Source: Octopus sinensis
Taxonomy: Eukaryota
Assembly: GCF_006345805.1 (NCBI RefSeq)
Contig: NC_043016.1
Location: 23,126,001-23,190,000 of the forward strand
Direction: 5' to 3'
DNA length: 64,000 nt
This document shows positions 51,347 to 64,000 of this stretch, in pieces; within the stretch, counting starts at the first letter, position 1, and each line of letters begins with the position of its first letter. The notes under the pieces were generated by a model. The model had not been told where the DNA came from. It ran no database searches and saw only the letters and a list, made by a program, of their open reading frames with translations. The position numbers and the translations under genes were made by a program.

Positions 51347-54295
51347 AGCAAGCACATGATGAAGTGCACAGATATTGCACCAGGGTAACCATATACCCAG
51401 CTTATCTTTGTGCATTGTTTCGGGACAAATTTAGATTGTAAGATAACTTTGATCAGATTTTGTTAAGAAATTGTGGAGTTGTTTCAAAACACAAATATTT
51501 GACATCCTTAGATCCCTTCGTGTCTTAGGACAGATTGATTGATGGAAATTAGGAACTTTAAACTGAACTTTTCATCTTGATAAAATTAAAGCCTCCTGCA
51601 TGCTAGGCCTACTTATGATTGTAGAAATCCAGCATCCCAGTGTGTTCCCTATCTATTCTCTTAACTTTATTCTAAGATTGGTGAGTTCTCTTTTTCTTTC
51701 TCAAATGGTGAACTATGTCTAATTTATGTTTTCCTGCGGATTGTAGTTTTATGATGCTCTGCATCTAGCTTTACTTTTAATGGACAGCTGCTCTCACCTT
51801 TATAGTCATTCCTTCATGGGACAAAATACACACAGTTCTTGATTATGGTCTCTTTTGATGGAATCTTTGTTTGGGAAACATGTCCCTGAAGCTTTTCAAT
51901 TTTGCCATGATGTTTTATAGACTTAAAAAGTTAAGTTAAAAACTTCAAAAATATAACCAAATATGACAGGCCTCTGATGAAAGGCCAGAGGGTACACCAG
52001 CTGAAACATAACTATAACAACTAAAATGAGAAAGATTGTCTGAATATATCTATGTATAATGATAATGATCCTTTATCCTAGTCATTCAGAAAAAATCCAC
52101 TCACAATATTGGTCTACCCAGGTAGAAAACTTGCTCAAGGTACCATGCAATAAAACTGAACTCGGAACATATAGATGCAAAGCAAACTTCTTTTCCACAT
52201 AGCCATCAGTACCTGTTAAGAATTGAACTATATTTCCTGTTATGATATCAGTTATTTACATCTCCCTGCATTTTCATTAATGATCTTATTCAATTTATTT
52301 GTGAGTAAGGGGTCAGATTTGTTTTTTTTTTTTCAATTTTGTTTTCTGTTGAGCAATGTGTATCAGCATCATTTTATGTCTGCATCCTATGTTGGCAGAG
52401 GACAGAAAGGTCGTCCAAGTTCAAATTTATTCTTATCCAAAGCTAGTGTGCTTACACGAGTTATGGGACCACAACTTGCTAATACATTTATTTTTGGCAT
52501 ATCTCTGTCTAGTTGTCTTTCCTAATATCCATTTTACAGAGTGAACTGAGTATATTTTATTGTGGTATCAGTACTAGAAGGATTGCCATGTCTTCAACAA
52601 GACAAGTCTAGGATCCCTTTTACCCTACATTGTACGTGTGTAAATTATTCAGATGTTAATAATTCTGTAACATCTGCCAGATATTATGATTGTTTGCATT
52701 TAATATCCTCAGGAACTTGTCAGCTTTCAATTTTGGTATTTTCCTCTATATGAAGCATTAATAATTAACAGGCAATAAGTTTTATAGATCTTATGATGTT
52801 TTACGGTTCTTTAGAATTGATTGTTTAATCAGTGGTTGTGTTATTTTTTTGTTTATTACATTAGTGTTTCTTCAATTTTGCATCTTTGATAAACATGGCA
52901 GTTTTCCCTTTCTTACATTTATATAAGAAGATACAAGCGTTAATATCTTAACATAAAAAATATACTTGGTCTCTAAACACTATGGTTAATTTACTTGATC
53001 AGGCACACTACCTTGCATCTAAAAAATGTCTGCCACGGATTATAAACATCATCATCAGTTAATGTCCGTTTTTTTCATGCTGGAATAAGTTGGATGGTTC
53101 AATAAGAACTGGCAAGTTAGAAGACAGCATCAAGCTCTTCTGTCTGCTTTGGTGTGGTTTTTACTGCTAGCTTTATATATTTTACAGAATGTTTTGAAAT
53201 AAAATTTTATATGGTGTGTGGAGTGGGGGGGGGGGGAATTAATTCACAATTTCAATAGTTAAATATTTTATTAGGAAGAAAGATATATATATAATGCAAG
53301 GATCACTTTTGTAGTTAAATATTGTTTTGGGCTAAATTAGATTCCTTGTTGCAATTACTTTGAAACTTTTGACAGAATTGCAGGCATTTTAAAAAAACCT
53401 CTGTGTGTGTGAATGAAATCTGTTGTAGAAATGTTTGCAAATCCTAACTACATCACCTCAAAATGTAAAGATTTTTATAACTTTAAAGACAAAGTTTTGT
53501 AATAAAAGTTGAAAACTAAAAATTTTTTAAAGTCTTAAATAGAAATTACACATTTATCACATTTTTATTACTATACATTATGCTTTAAAGTATTTTTTAT
53601 CTAAAGAAATTAATTTGTAAAATATTTATAAATTGCCATTTCTAGGAGCTATGTCTTGAATATAATAATGGCAGCTGTGATGTAATGTTTTTTAATGCAA
53701 CTTGCATTCTACTTTAAAAAAAAAAGTTTGTATAAATAGTTAGTCATAAGGAAATAAGCGATGTTGTTATCAAACCATATAATTTTTTACCTTGCCTTGT
53801 GCCCTCAACTCCCAATAAAGTTGTAGGGGTACTGTTGTGATGTGCTGTGCTTTGAGCATTTTTAGATCTGGTAGACTCTGTCCCTCTTCAGTCAACATCA
53901 ACTAGTTTCTTCTCTCAGAGAGAGAAAGAAATTGAACTCTGGTACAGAATTCATATTTTATTGACCTCAAAAGGATGAAGGGTAAAGATGATCTCAACAG
54001 TATGTGAGCTTAGCCCACAAAGAGCTGGAGCAAATACTCAGAGCAATCTGTCTCTAATAACTTTGCTGATTTGCCATCTTATGTCATTTTTATTCAGTTT
54101 TAAATAAGTTTTAATTTTTATATAGTGTTCATATTCAACTGCTATAAAATTAATTCTTTAGTTCTTAGTATGACTTGCTCATTTGATAGCAGTAGATTTT
54201 GGCTTTGCATTGAAACATTAAATTATAAAGAAATTAAATTTTGTTTTCTGTATAAAAATTGTTACAAATACATCAGTAATGGTTTGTATTTGTAA

Positions 54296-54502
<207 letters not shown>

Positions 54503-54842
54503 TAATATTGTCTAAAGCTCAATGACTGGAATATTTTCTCTTGCAGGGGAGATAATTGGTTTTGTAATGAAGAATATTTGACTTGAATGAAATAGGATTA
54601 AAAATTCGTAAATTTAATATTTATAACTTGTGAATGGGTTGTTGGAAGGCCAAAATCTTTTCTGTGAGTCATAAATTTTGACATTTGGTATAGAATATCT
54701 TTAACGGTATTGAGTTATTTATTTATTCATTTTAATTAAATCATTGTCCTTTAGGAATTGAATTATTTTTCGTTTTTTTTGTAAATATATATATATATAT
54801 TTGTTAAAGGTAGATACATTTTTAGATTTAAACTTCACACTC

Positions 54843-54894
54843 CCGTCCAACCCGTGCTAGCGCGGAAAACGGACGTTAAACGATGATGATGATG
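54843..54894 (+). mobile_element. Very short, CpG-intact RTE 3' stub
   Basis: ccgtccaacccgtgctagcgcggaaaacggacgttaaacgatgatgatgatg. Confidence 0.85.
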
Positions 54895-55704
54895 AAGCTA
54901 TTTCTAATAATTTTTATTAATGATCATAGCAGTCATATTATTAGCATTGCATGTACAAATTGAAAGATTTGATTTTTCTATTTTTACTGACACCTCCATC
55001 ATTGTCATAATCATTTTATATCTATTTTCTATGCTTGCATGGGTCACTATTGCCCTAGTCATTTCTTAAGAGCTACTGCTTCTAATGACTGGTGCTTGGA
55101 CATGTTATCTGGCTTGGTTTCTATGACTGGATACTCTTCCTATCACCAGCCACTCAACAGAGTGTATTGAGTGGGTGCAATTTCTAGTAGTACTAACACT
55201 AGAGTACTCAGTAACCTAGGGAATGTAGGTTGAAGAGAGGAATAGGAGAGGAAGCAGTGATGTAGAGGTCAGAAATAGGTAGTTAAGCAGGTAACATCCA
55301 TTTGCTCAGGTAACTTTGAAAGGGAAAAGGAGAGGGAGATATTAGAATGGGTGAGAGTGTGGAGAGGAGAAAACCTATGATGCAAAGGGGTATTTGGGGA
55401 TGAAGTTGCCATAGGAATGATTAACAATAGTAGAAGTGAACAAAAGTGAGTGTTGGTGATGAGGCCAGATGGCTACAGAGGTGACTCAGAAGGCTGAGCA
55501 TGCTGGCTGGTAGTAATGGGTAGGGAATGGGATGAAGTGAGGTGAATGATACTGTCTGTAGAGGTGGTGGACAGATGTGAGATAGAAGTCTGTGGGTGAT
55601 GAAGAGATGGGAGTCATGTAGGTGGGTGAGTGAACAATAGGTATTATAAGACCATGGTTTAAGATACAAGGTGAAGGGCAGCAAGATAGGCTCAGCAAGA
55701 AGCA

Positions 55705-55845
55705 TAAATATATAGTGTGTGTGTGTGTATATATATATAGTGTGTGTGTGCTGTATATATAGTGTGCGTGTGTGTATATATATAGTGTGTGTGTATATAT
55801 AGTGTGTATATATATATAGTGTGTGTGTATATATATATATATATA

Positions 55846-55880
<35 letters not shown>

Positions 55881-56292
55881 GTGTGTGTGTGTATATATAT
55901 ATAGTGTGCACTACACTCTCGGAGTGGTTGGTGTTAGGAAGGGCATCCAGCTGTAGAAACACTGCCAGATCTGACTGGCCTGGTGCAGCCTTCGGGCTTG
56001 CCAGACCCCAGTTGAACCGTCCAACCCATGCTAGCATGGAAAGCGGACGTTAAACGATGATGATGATGATGATGTGTGTGTGTATATATTATATATATAT
56101 TATATATATATATTAGTGTGTGTGTGTATATATATATATATTATAGTTGTGTGGTATATATATATATATATATATTGTGTGTGTGGTGTGTATATATATA
56201 TATAGTGGTGTGTATATATTATATATATTGTGTGTGTTGTATATATATATATAGTGTGTGTGTATATATATATATATAGTGTGTGTGTTGTA

Positions 56293-56338
<46 letters not shown>

Positions 56339-56735
56339 GTGTGTGTGTATGTATATATATTCTATAGGGTGTGTGTGTGTGTGTATTATATATATATATA
56401 TATATAGTGTGTGTGTATATATATAGTGTGGGTGTATATATGTATATATATATAGTGTGTGTGTGATATATATGATATATATATAGTGTGTGTGTGTGTA
56501 TATATGTATATATATATAGTGTGGTGTGTGTGTGTATATATGTATATATATATAGTGTGTGTGTGTGTGTATATATGTATATATATATAGTGTGTGTGTG
56601 TATATATGTATATATATATAGTGTGTGTGTGTATATATGTATATATAGTGTGTGTGTGTATATATATATAGTGTTGTGTGTATTATATATATATATATAT
56701 ATATAGTGTGTGGTATATATATATATATATATATA

Positions 56736-56799
<64 letters not shown>

Positions 56800-56816
56800 G
56801 TGTGTGTATATATATA

Positions 56817-56847
<31 letters not shown>

Positions 56848-56850
56848 GTG
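55705..56850. repeat. Compound (AT)n-A-(GT)n satellite, interrupted by an RTE stub at 55909-56074
   Basis: Repeating atatatagtgtgtgt units over approx. 1.1 kb. Confidence 0.95.
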
Positions 56851-57766
56851 TATGTGCAAACATGGCCATCTGGTCAAAATGCTTACTTGACAACCACATG
56901 GTTCCTGTTTCAGTCCCACTGCAGGTACCTTGAATAAATGTTTCCTAAAGCCCCAATGCCTTACAAGTGAATTTTGTAGATGGAAACAGGGTGAAACTGT
57001 GGCCTAGTGGTGAGGTTGTTAGACTCACAATTGCAAGATCATGGTTTCAACTTCCAAACTAGTCTCTGTGTGTGTTGTACTCTTGAGCAAAACACTTCAC
57101 TTCACATTGCTCTGTGATCATTTTGATACCTGATGTGTGGAACCCTGGCAATGTCAGTTTGATGGGAGGAACTAGCTAATATATGGCACAAACATTTGAT
57201 CACTATAAACAGGTCATCTGTGTGTGTGTTTGTTTATGGTCCCCATAACTTAGCTGTTCAGCAAAAGAGACCAACAGAGTAAGTGCTGGGGGTCAGTCTG
57301 TTTGACTAAAATCCATTCAAATTGGTATGCCAGCATACTTGCTATTGTGTGATTGAAACGAGTAAAAATATATAATTGCAGCTTCTAAATACTACCCTTG
57401 TGTCAAGATACATTTTGCCACAGATGGACAGATCTTCTGTAGCACCTCATATCACCAATCAGTACAGTCTTTCATCTCTGTAAGATGCAGAATCTTCAGA
57501 TTCAGCTTTCATTACTTCATTCCAAGTCTTCCTTGGTCACCTGTTTTGCTATCCCTAGTTTTTCTGGTTTCCTTAGTAACCTCCAACTTACAGTGTGTGA
57601 CATGTTATCAAAAGCCTTCTATAAGAACTGTCATTATTCACCTGGTGTTTGGAACCTAAATAACATGAAATTTTGTTGGAAGGTTTTATTTTAGATCAGA
57701 AAGTTTGTATCATAAAACCAAAGACAATCTTAGGTCTTGGGCCTGTTGTGGTATCAAAAGGATTAA

Positions 57767-58472
57767 ATCTTTTAGCATTCAAATTACTCTGTCAAATGTA
57801 ATGCCTTATTTATTCACATTGTTTTGAATTACCATAAATCCTCAAGTATAATCCCCCCCCCCCCCAATTTAATGGTCAAAATCCCTAGTGCGTACTATGG
57901 TTAAAAATGAAAAATATTTCCGTTGCAATGTCTGAGTCTCTATTTGCTGTCCGGCAATGTTTATTCAGACACATTTTGTGATGTCGGGCACGAAAATATC
58001 TTAAGCTAAGCCTGAAAGCAATCAAGCCATAAAAGAATCATCCATAACTTGCAATAAGCAAAATTTATTTAACGTTATTACTGTTATTTCTTTATTTTCT
58101 GCAAACAAACTGCACAAAAAAGCTACATGTTTGCATTATGTTATACATACAAAAATAATAAAGGACGTTACCATATACATTTTTACAAACCAAGGACGGT
58201 ATATAGACCTCCTTGACTTATACAAGAAGTTTAGGTTTTTCAGAGGTACAGCCCCCTAAAAATCCCCTGCATATTATACTAATGGGCGGACTATACTTGA
58301 GGATTTACGGTAATCGTGAATTATCTCATAGCTTCAAGACTTCGATAATGCGATTATTTTTATTTTTAGACTGACATTGTAGGCTTAGTGTGAGATGCTG
58401 GTTCTGACTAGTTTTGAGTATAAAACTGATAGAATATTTGGGCTGGATATGACCAGTTTAAATGCTAAAAGG
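57767..58472. mobile_element. piggyBac-like non-autonomous element
   Basis: TTAA-flanked; termini (a)tcttttagcatt / aatgctaaaagg; the right 150 nt is the reverse complement of the left end of 61968-62154. Confidence 0.65.
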
Positions 58473-58619
58473 TTAAATTTGCTTTGCATTTTTATTTATA
58501 TATATGTATGTTAATTTTGGATTGGATTGGATTAATATGTATTTGACTTTCAGCTTTATTCTGGATTTCTCTCTTAATGTTTTGAAATTGAAAGCAATGT
58601 TTTGTTTTATTTTGAGCAG

Positions 58620-58783
58620 GGCTGCTGCCATGACCCTTCGAACAGTTCTATTATCACTTCAAGCCTTACTAGCAGCTGCTGAACCTGATGATCCCCAAGA
58701 TGCTGTAGTTGCAAGGCAGTATAGAGAGAGGCAAGATGTGTTCCAAAAAACAGCCACTCATTGGACGAATGTATATGCAAGCG
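58620..58783 (+). CDS. UBE2K: UBE2K coding exon 4 (AAAMTLRTVLLSLQALLAAAEPDDPQDAVVARQYRERQDVFQKTATHWTNVYAS)
   Basis: Acceptor ttttgagcag|G completes Trp100; donor G|GTAGTG is the only nearby GT that keeps frame with the next exon; 164 nt, phase 2/1. Confidence 0.95.
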
Positions 58784-59656
58784 GTAGTGTATGGAATTTT
58801 TAATCTGATTAAATGAAACTATGTTGCAGAAATATATTTAGTAGTATATTTGCCAAGAATTTAAGGTGATGTCATCTTGTGATCTTGTTTTTGGTAAAGA
58901 AGGACAAAGTTAACCATGACTGAAGATGTTTACAAATTACCATCATCATAATTTCTTTACAGCCACTTTTCCATCCTTGCATGGGTCTTGTGGAATTTGT
59001 TGAGACAGGTTTTCTGAAGCTGGATGCTTTTCCTGTCACTAACTCTTACCTGTTACTAAGCGTGATAATATTTTCCCATGGCTGGACATGTTTACACAGA
59101 AAATTTGAAATGAAGGACATCACATCACTTGAATGATAGTAACACTTGTTGTTTACACTCATTATATAAAGTCAAAACAAAGAAATATAAACATACCCAC
59201 ATATGTAAAATCTCCCTTTATGTATGTGTGTGAGTGTGTGTTTATATATATATTCATAGATAGAAACAAAGAAATCCATATATATATATATATATGTGTG
59301 TGTGTATGATGGGTTTCTTCAGTTTCTGTTTACCAAATTCACTCATGTGGCTTTGGTTGCTTCAGAAATGTGGTAGAAGACAAGGTTCCACACAGTAGAA
59401 CTGAACCAGAAACTTTGTGGTTAGGAAGTAAACTTCTTAACCACACAGTTATAGATGGAAATTTTGGTCATAGAATCACTAGTATCTGCATGCTCGTACA
59501 TAGTTACTTGAGTTAAGTTGTGCAACTATCCTTGATACTCATTGTTATGGCAATTACCAGACGTTGTCTATGCTACTTTGTCCACAGAAGAGAAATACAG
59601 TGTCATTAATATATTGCTGAAGAGTAACATAATGTCTTTTGTTATTCACAATTTTC

Positions 59657-59693
59657 TTTTGAGCAGGGCTGCTGCCATTACCCTTCGAACAGT
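59657..59693 (+). repeat. 37-nt duplicate of the UBE2K exon-4 acceptor and first 27 exon nt
   Basis: 36/37 identical to 58610-58646. Confidence 0.95.
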
Positions 59694-61967
59694 AACATGA
59701 AATTCTTATAGAGGGTTTAAAACGAAAAAATTTGTATCGTAGAACAAAGGGGTTCTCAAGCAAGTTGGTATCAAGAGTTAATAGCTTAATTTACTCCTTC
59801 TTTCTATTGCAATTTGATTACAGAAGATAAGGTTACTAGTCTCACACTCCAGCCCACCTTCTTTCTGAACACAGGCCTGGAACTGTCTATGCTAGATATC
59901 TGCCCAAAATTTTACAGTAAGCCTGGATGTGGAGCCATTCCAGGCACTTTCAGACGGAGCTGTTTGAATCTGAGACTTACGTTGGGTTCATCATGCTTCT
60001 AGTAGTAACTGAAGTTAGTATCCGCTAACTATGGGGAAGTGATTTCAGTTATTTCATCTGGAAAATTAAGATAATTTTCAATTATTGTAAAATACCAAAC
60101 TCGTCAGATATTTGTTTGGCTGTTAGAAAAGGCATGTTAGAAAATATTAGTTGAGGATGCATATAGTTGTGAAAATCTCTCAATGTTATTTTCATGCAGA
60201 TGATATGCAATAGTATTTTCAAAATCTTTTTGAGTTATGTCAAATATGTTGTTTGCATATTTAAGTGATGAGGGTCAAGAAGGAAATGATTTTTGTGATT
60301 CCTTAGAAAATATTGAATGTCGTATCAGCTTTTAACAAGTATTGTCCTTTTAGTGATTGTATTACAATTTTCCAGTAATAATAGAGTATTTAATACATAA
60401 TCTAGCAAAAAGTTCTTACATAAAATTATGAGAAAAGGTTTTTATGTAAGTAAAATTAAGAGGTTTTGTTATGTAAGTAAAATTAAGAGGTTTTGTATCA
60501 TAGAATCAGAGGTGCTCTTTGGTGGGTTGATATCAAACAGGTTAAGTTGATTAATAACCCTAATCTTTTATGAGTTATTATATGCTTTACTTTTATTTTC
60601 AAGTCCTGATTAAGCAGGCTTATAATCAAAAGCATTCCAGCTTTGACTAAAGTTTACAATGTCTTCCTTTATTTAAGATGGTAGGGTGTAGTTTAAGTTC
60701 CTATTTCTAGCAGGTCAACCACCATTTAATGGCTAAAGTGATTGTAGTTTCTGGTAATATTTTTATTTTTTAAAGAAACTGAAAATTATGTAAAGCAATT
60801 TTTAAAACTGAGAATTTTGTAAAACTATTTTTATCTTCAAATTACTTTTCAAATGTTCTGAGATTTATGTAAAGTCTTATTTTCACATATATTGTGTTAC
60901 ATCTAATGTATTCATTAGCAATGTTTAATTATCTAAACTGGATCAAGTAAATAAAAAAAAGTCTTTTTTATTCAGTTCTATGTTAATTGTTCTTTCCAAC
61001 TGTTTGCCTGCTCTATATGGTACATGTATGGAGGAAAACTCTGACAAAATGTGAACTTCCTGAATGGAAAACCTTCATAATTTTACTTTTTTTTTCACTG
61101 CCATGGGTCCTTTTTCATCTCTTTCATGTTGTTTAGCATTTCCATTTAAGTCTTCACTACTTTTACTCCTGGTTCATTTGAAATCTTTTCACAGCAGCCA
61201 TGACCTTTTTCAGGGATTGCAAGGCTGGGGGATGGCATGGAGAAAGCTTGGAACCCTAGCAAATAGATTTTGCTTAGGCATTCAAGGGACCAAATGCTGT
61301 TGATGTTGGGTTTAAGTTCACCAATCAACAATTGTAACATTTTCTTTAAAGGGGTTGTGCACTGTTTCTGTCTTAGTAAAGTTCATTCAAGGATTTAGTT
61401 GACCTGGATCTTAAGAAGACATTTGCCCAATGTGTTGCTCTGTAGGATTGGATCAGAAACTATGTAGTTATGAAGCAAAGTTCTTAATCAAACACACATC
61501 TGCTTATTCTTTGAAGAACAGAAAGTTTGTTCTAAGATGTTGCCATGGTATGGTAGTTTTGCAGAGAATTACCTCATGATCTTGACGTGCTATTCGGTGC
61601 GGATTTTTTCTTTTCTTTTTTTTATACCCATTGTGGGATCTGATGGAATGGGTTGTGCCCATAATCTTTGCTGGACCCCTGATAATGTGATTAATGTTCT
61701 ATTTAAACTTACGTAAGCTTCACAAGAAACACAGAGCAGAGAGGAGATTCCAGTTGAAGGATATTCTGGTGTTGGAAATATTGAGTATAGTGTTTAGTGT
61801 AGTGCATGTCAAGTTGTCCAGAAAAGTAATGAGAGATAAAGAGACACATTTAAGATATTTTCTGGATTCATTAGAACTTCATTGTTATTTAAATGTAATA
61901 AAAATTTCCTGTAGGGTAATATTATCTTCATATTACTTGACAAAATACTTGCCAGTGTGTCTTTAGA

Positions 61968-62154
61968 CCCTTTAGCATTTAATCTGGTCATGTCAGGCCA
62001 AAATATTCTACCTGTTTTATGTTCAAATAGGCCAGATCTGGCTTCTCACACCTACCCTACAATGTCATTGTAAAAAATAAACAATCGCATTATTGAAATT
62101 TTGAAGCTACAAGATAACAGCTGCATTTGAGAGAATAATCTGAATGCTAATGGG
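61968..62154. mobile_element. piggyBac-like MITE
   Basis: CCCTTTAGCATT ... AATGCTAATGGG|TTAA. Confidence 0.7.
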
Positions 62155-62484
62155 TTAAATTTTAATCCATATATGGGAAAGAAGTGCTAGTTATTAAATC
62201 CCAGATAACAAATAGTAATAACATTCTAATTCGTGGTCAGTTTTTGTCTGCATGTGAATACTTCTTTCTTTTTTTTATTCTTTCTCTCTCTCTCATATGA
62301 TAAATAAAGCAACTACTTCCCTTCAGCTGACTTTATTGATGGCAGCAGTTGTTATCTATAAAATATATTCATAATATTCTTAATTCATGTGCACTAACCA
62401 AAGCAATTACTGTTTTTATTGACCAGTTGTTAATTTGCTTAAAATCTATCAAATTTTTTATTTCACCATTTCTTTTTGTTTCAG

Positions 62485-62549
62485 GACCTAATCGTGTATG
62501 TGACTTAGAAGATAAAGTATTTCAATTAACAAACATGGGATTTGAAGAG
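62485..62549 (+). CDS. UBE2K: UBE2K coding exon 5 (GPNRVCDLEDKVFQLTNMGFEE), start of UBA domain
   Basis: Acceptor tctttttgtttcag|GA, donor GAG|GTTAGA; 65 nt, phase 1/0; MGF motif of UBA domains. Confidence 0.92.
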
Positions 62550-62619
62550 GTTAGAATTATTATTTTATTCAATTCCAATTTTTTGCTTCCATCGCTTGCA
62601 CTTTCAGTCATTTGCTGAT

Positions 62620-63890
62620 ATAGAACAAGGGCTTGATTGGGGCTGGTAAGCTGGAAGGCTGCACCAGACATTAGTCTGATTTGGCATGGTTTCTATGACT
62701 GGATTCTCTTTCTAATGCCAACCACTCTGAGAGTGTAATGGGTGCTTTTATGTGTCACCAGCATGGGTGCCATTTGCATGACTTAATGCCAAAGGTCTCG
62801 GTTATTACCTCTGTGAGACCCAACACCGAAAAGGAGCTCAGATACTTTGCTTCTGTGAGGCCCAACATTTGAAAAGTGCTGCCACGACTTCCATTTCACT
62901 TGACTTGACTGGTCTTCTCAAGCACAGCATATTGCCAAAGATCTTGGTTACTAGTCATTGGCTCTGTGAGGCTCAAACTTTGAAGTTCATACTTCCCCAC
63001 CTTGTCCCATGTCTTCCTGGGTCTACCTCTACCACAGGTTCCCTTCACAGTTAGAGATCGGCAGTTCTTTACACAGCTGTCCCCGTCCATACGCATCACA
63101 TGACCATACCAGTACAGTCGTTTCCCTTGCACACCACATCTGATACCTCTTATCCCTAACTTTTTTGTCAAGATGCTTACACTGTCAAACATGCACACTG
63201 ACATTGCACATCCAGCGAAGCATGCTGGCTTAATTTCTTTCAAGCCTATGCATGTCCTCAGCTGTCACAGCCCATGTTTCACTGCCATGTAGCATAGCTG
63301 TTTGCACACAGGCATCATACAATTTGCCTTTCACTCTGAGAGAGAGGCCTTTTGTTTCCAGCAGAGGTAGGAGCTCTCCGAACTTTGCCCAGCCTAATCT
63401 TATTCTCACAGTTACACCCTCAGAGCGTCCAGTTCTGCTGCTATCTTGGTTACCTAGATAACAAGCTATCTATTACCTCTAGCTTGGAGTCTATTTTCTG
63501 TACATTTTTGGTGTTTAATGTACCTATGCATCTTCTACATAGAAAAGCTATTTTCTCTGTTAACCTTCCTATAATATTGCAGCTTTTATGTGTCCAAAGC
63601 TTACACCAGGTACATCTTATGGAGTTTCAACCTATGCCTTTTCTACAGATTGACAGGGCCATCAACCTGAAGGGATTTGTGATTTGTCTGCCTTCCTGTT
63701 TACTAAGACTTTGGTTTTTGCTAGGTTAACTCTAAGGCCCATCGATTCTAGACCTTGCATCCATACCTGAAACCTTTACCTTTGTAGCAGTTGACTATGG
63801 TGCTGCTACACCAATCACTGGGTATGAGTCCTTCGTGAACCACCTGATTTACACTACAGGTGACTAGGCCATAACCTACACTGCCAGATA
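62620..63890 (-). mobile_element. RTE-clade LINE 3' portion with internal deletion
   Basis: KRLYWYGHVMRMDGDSCVK..GRGRPRKTW..AVLEKT, LRVKGKLYDACV, Cys-rich insert, then the shared 3' UTR; the RT core is missing near 63780. Confidence 0.9.
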
Positions 63891-64000
63891 CAATGTGATG
63901 TAATTTTACTAGTTTTTCATTGACATAGAAGACAGTGTTGTAGAAGAAGTAAAGAAAAAATTTTATCAGCCACAGTATTTGACTGGTTCTTTATTTCCTT

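Noticed and set aside
55486-56933. Long H/T/Y/I-rich ORFs (up to 226 aa), and similar ones at 9341-9675 and elsewhere
   Set aside because: Translations of (AT)n/(GT)n satellites, which lack stop codons in some frames.

Overview
Eukaryotic, AT-rich (approx. 35% GC by eye), microsatellite-laden genomic DNA. The repeat content suggests a coleoid cephalopod such as Octopus (inference, not a database match). The window holds most of one protein-coding gene on the + strand, the ubiquitin-conjugating enzyme UBE2K/HIP2 (E2-25K). Five coding exons (2151-2213, 33467-33619, 54350-54432, 58620-58783, 62485-62549) splice in frame to 176 codons, with catalytic Cys92 and the start of the UBA domain. The last exon lies beyond 64000. 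The introns (31.3, 20.7, 4.2, 3.7 and >1.4 kb) are full of transposon relics: RTE-clade LINEs and their 3' stubs, tRNA-derived SINEs, Penelope-like elements of two types, a Hero-type fragment, two mariners, Helitron pieces, piggyBac-like and other MITEs, and a very young Mutator-like element with a 9-bp TSD. There is a 100-N scaffold gap at 46487-46586. The most unusual observations are: (1) a tRNA-headed SINE carrying a reconstructable minimal hammerhead ribozyme, present as a head-to-head palindrome; (2) two adjacent RTE insertions with twin-priming (5'-inversion) geometry; (3) a 37-nt copy of the exon-4 splice acceptor 1 kb downstream, ending in an in-frame stop; (4) a CpG-retaining promoter-like island in the middle of intron 1; (5) an Arg at the position of the human K14 SUMO site. 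No CRISPR array, rRNA or genuine tRNA was found. All family calls are by eye, not from searches.
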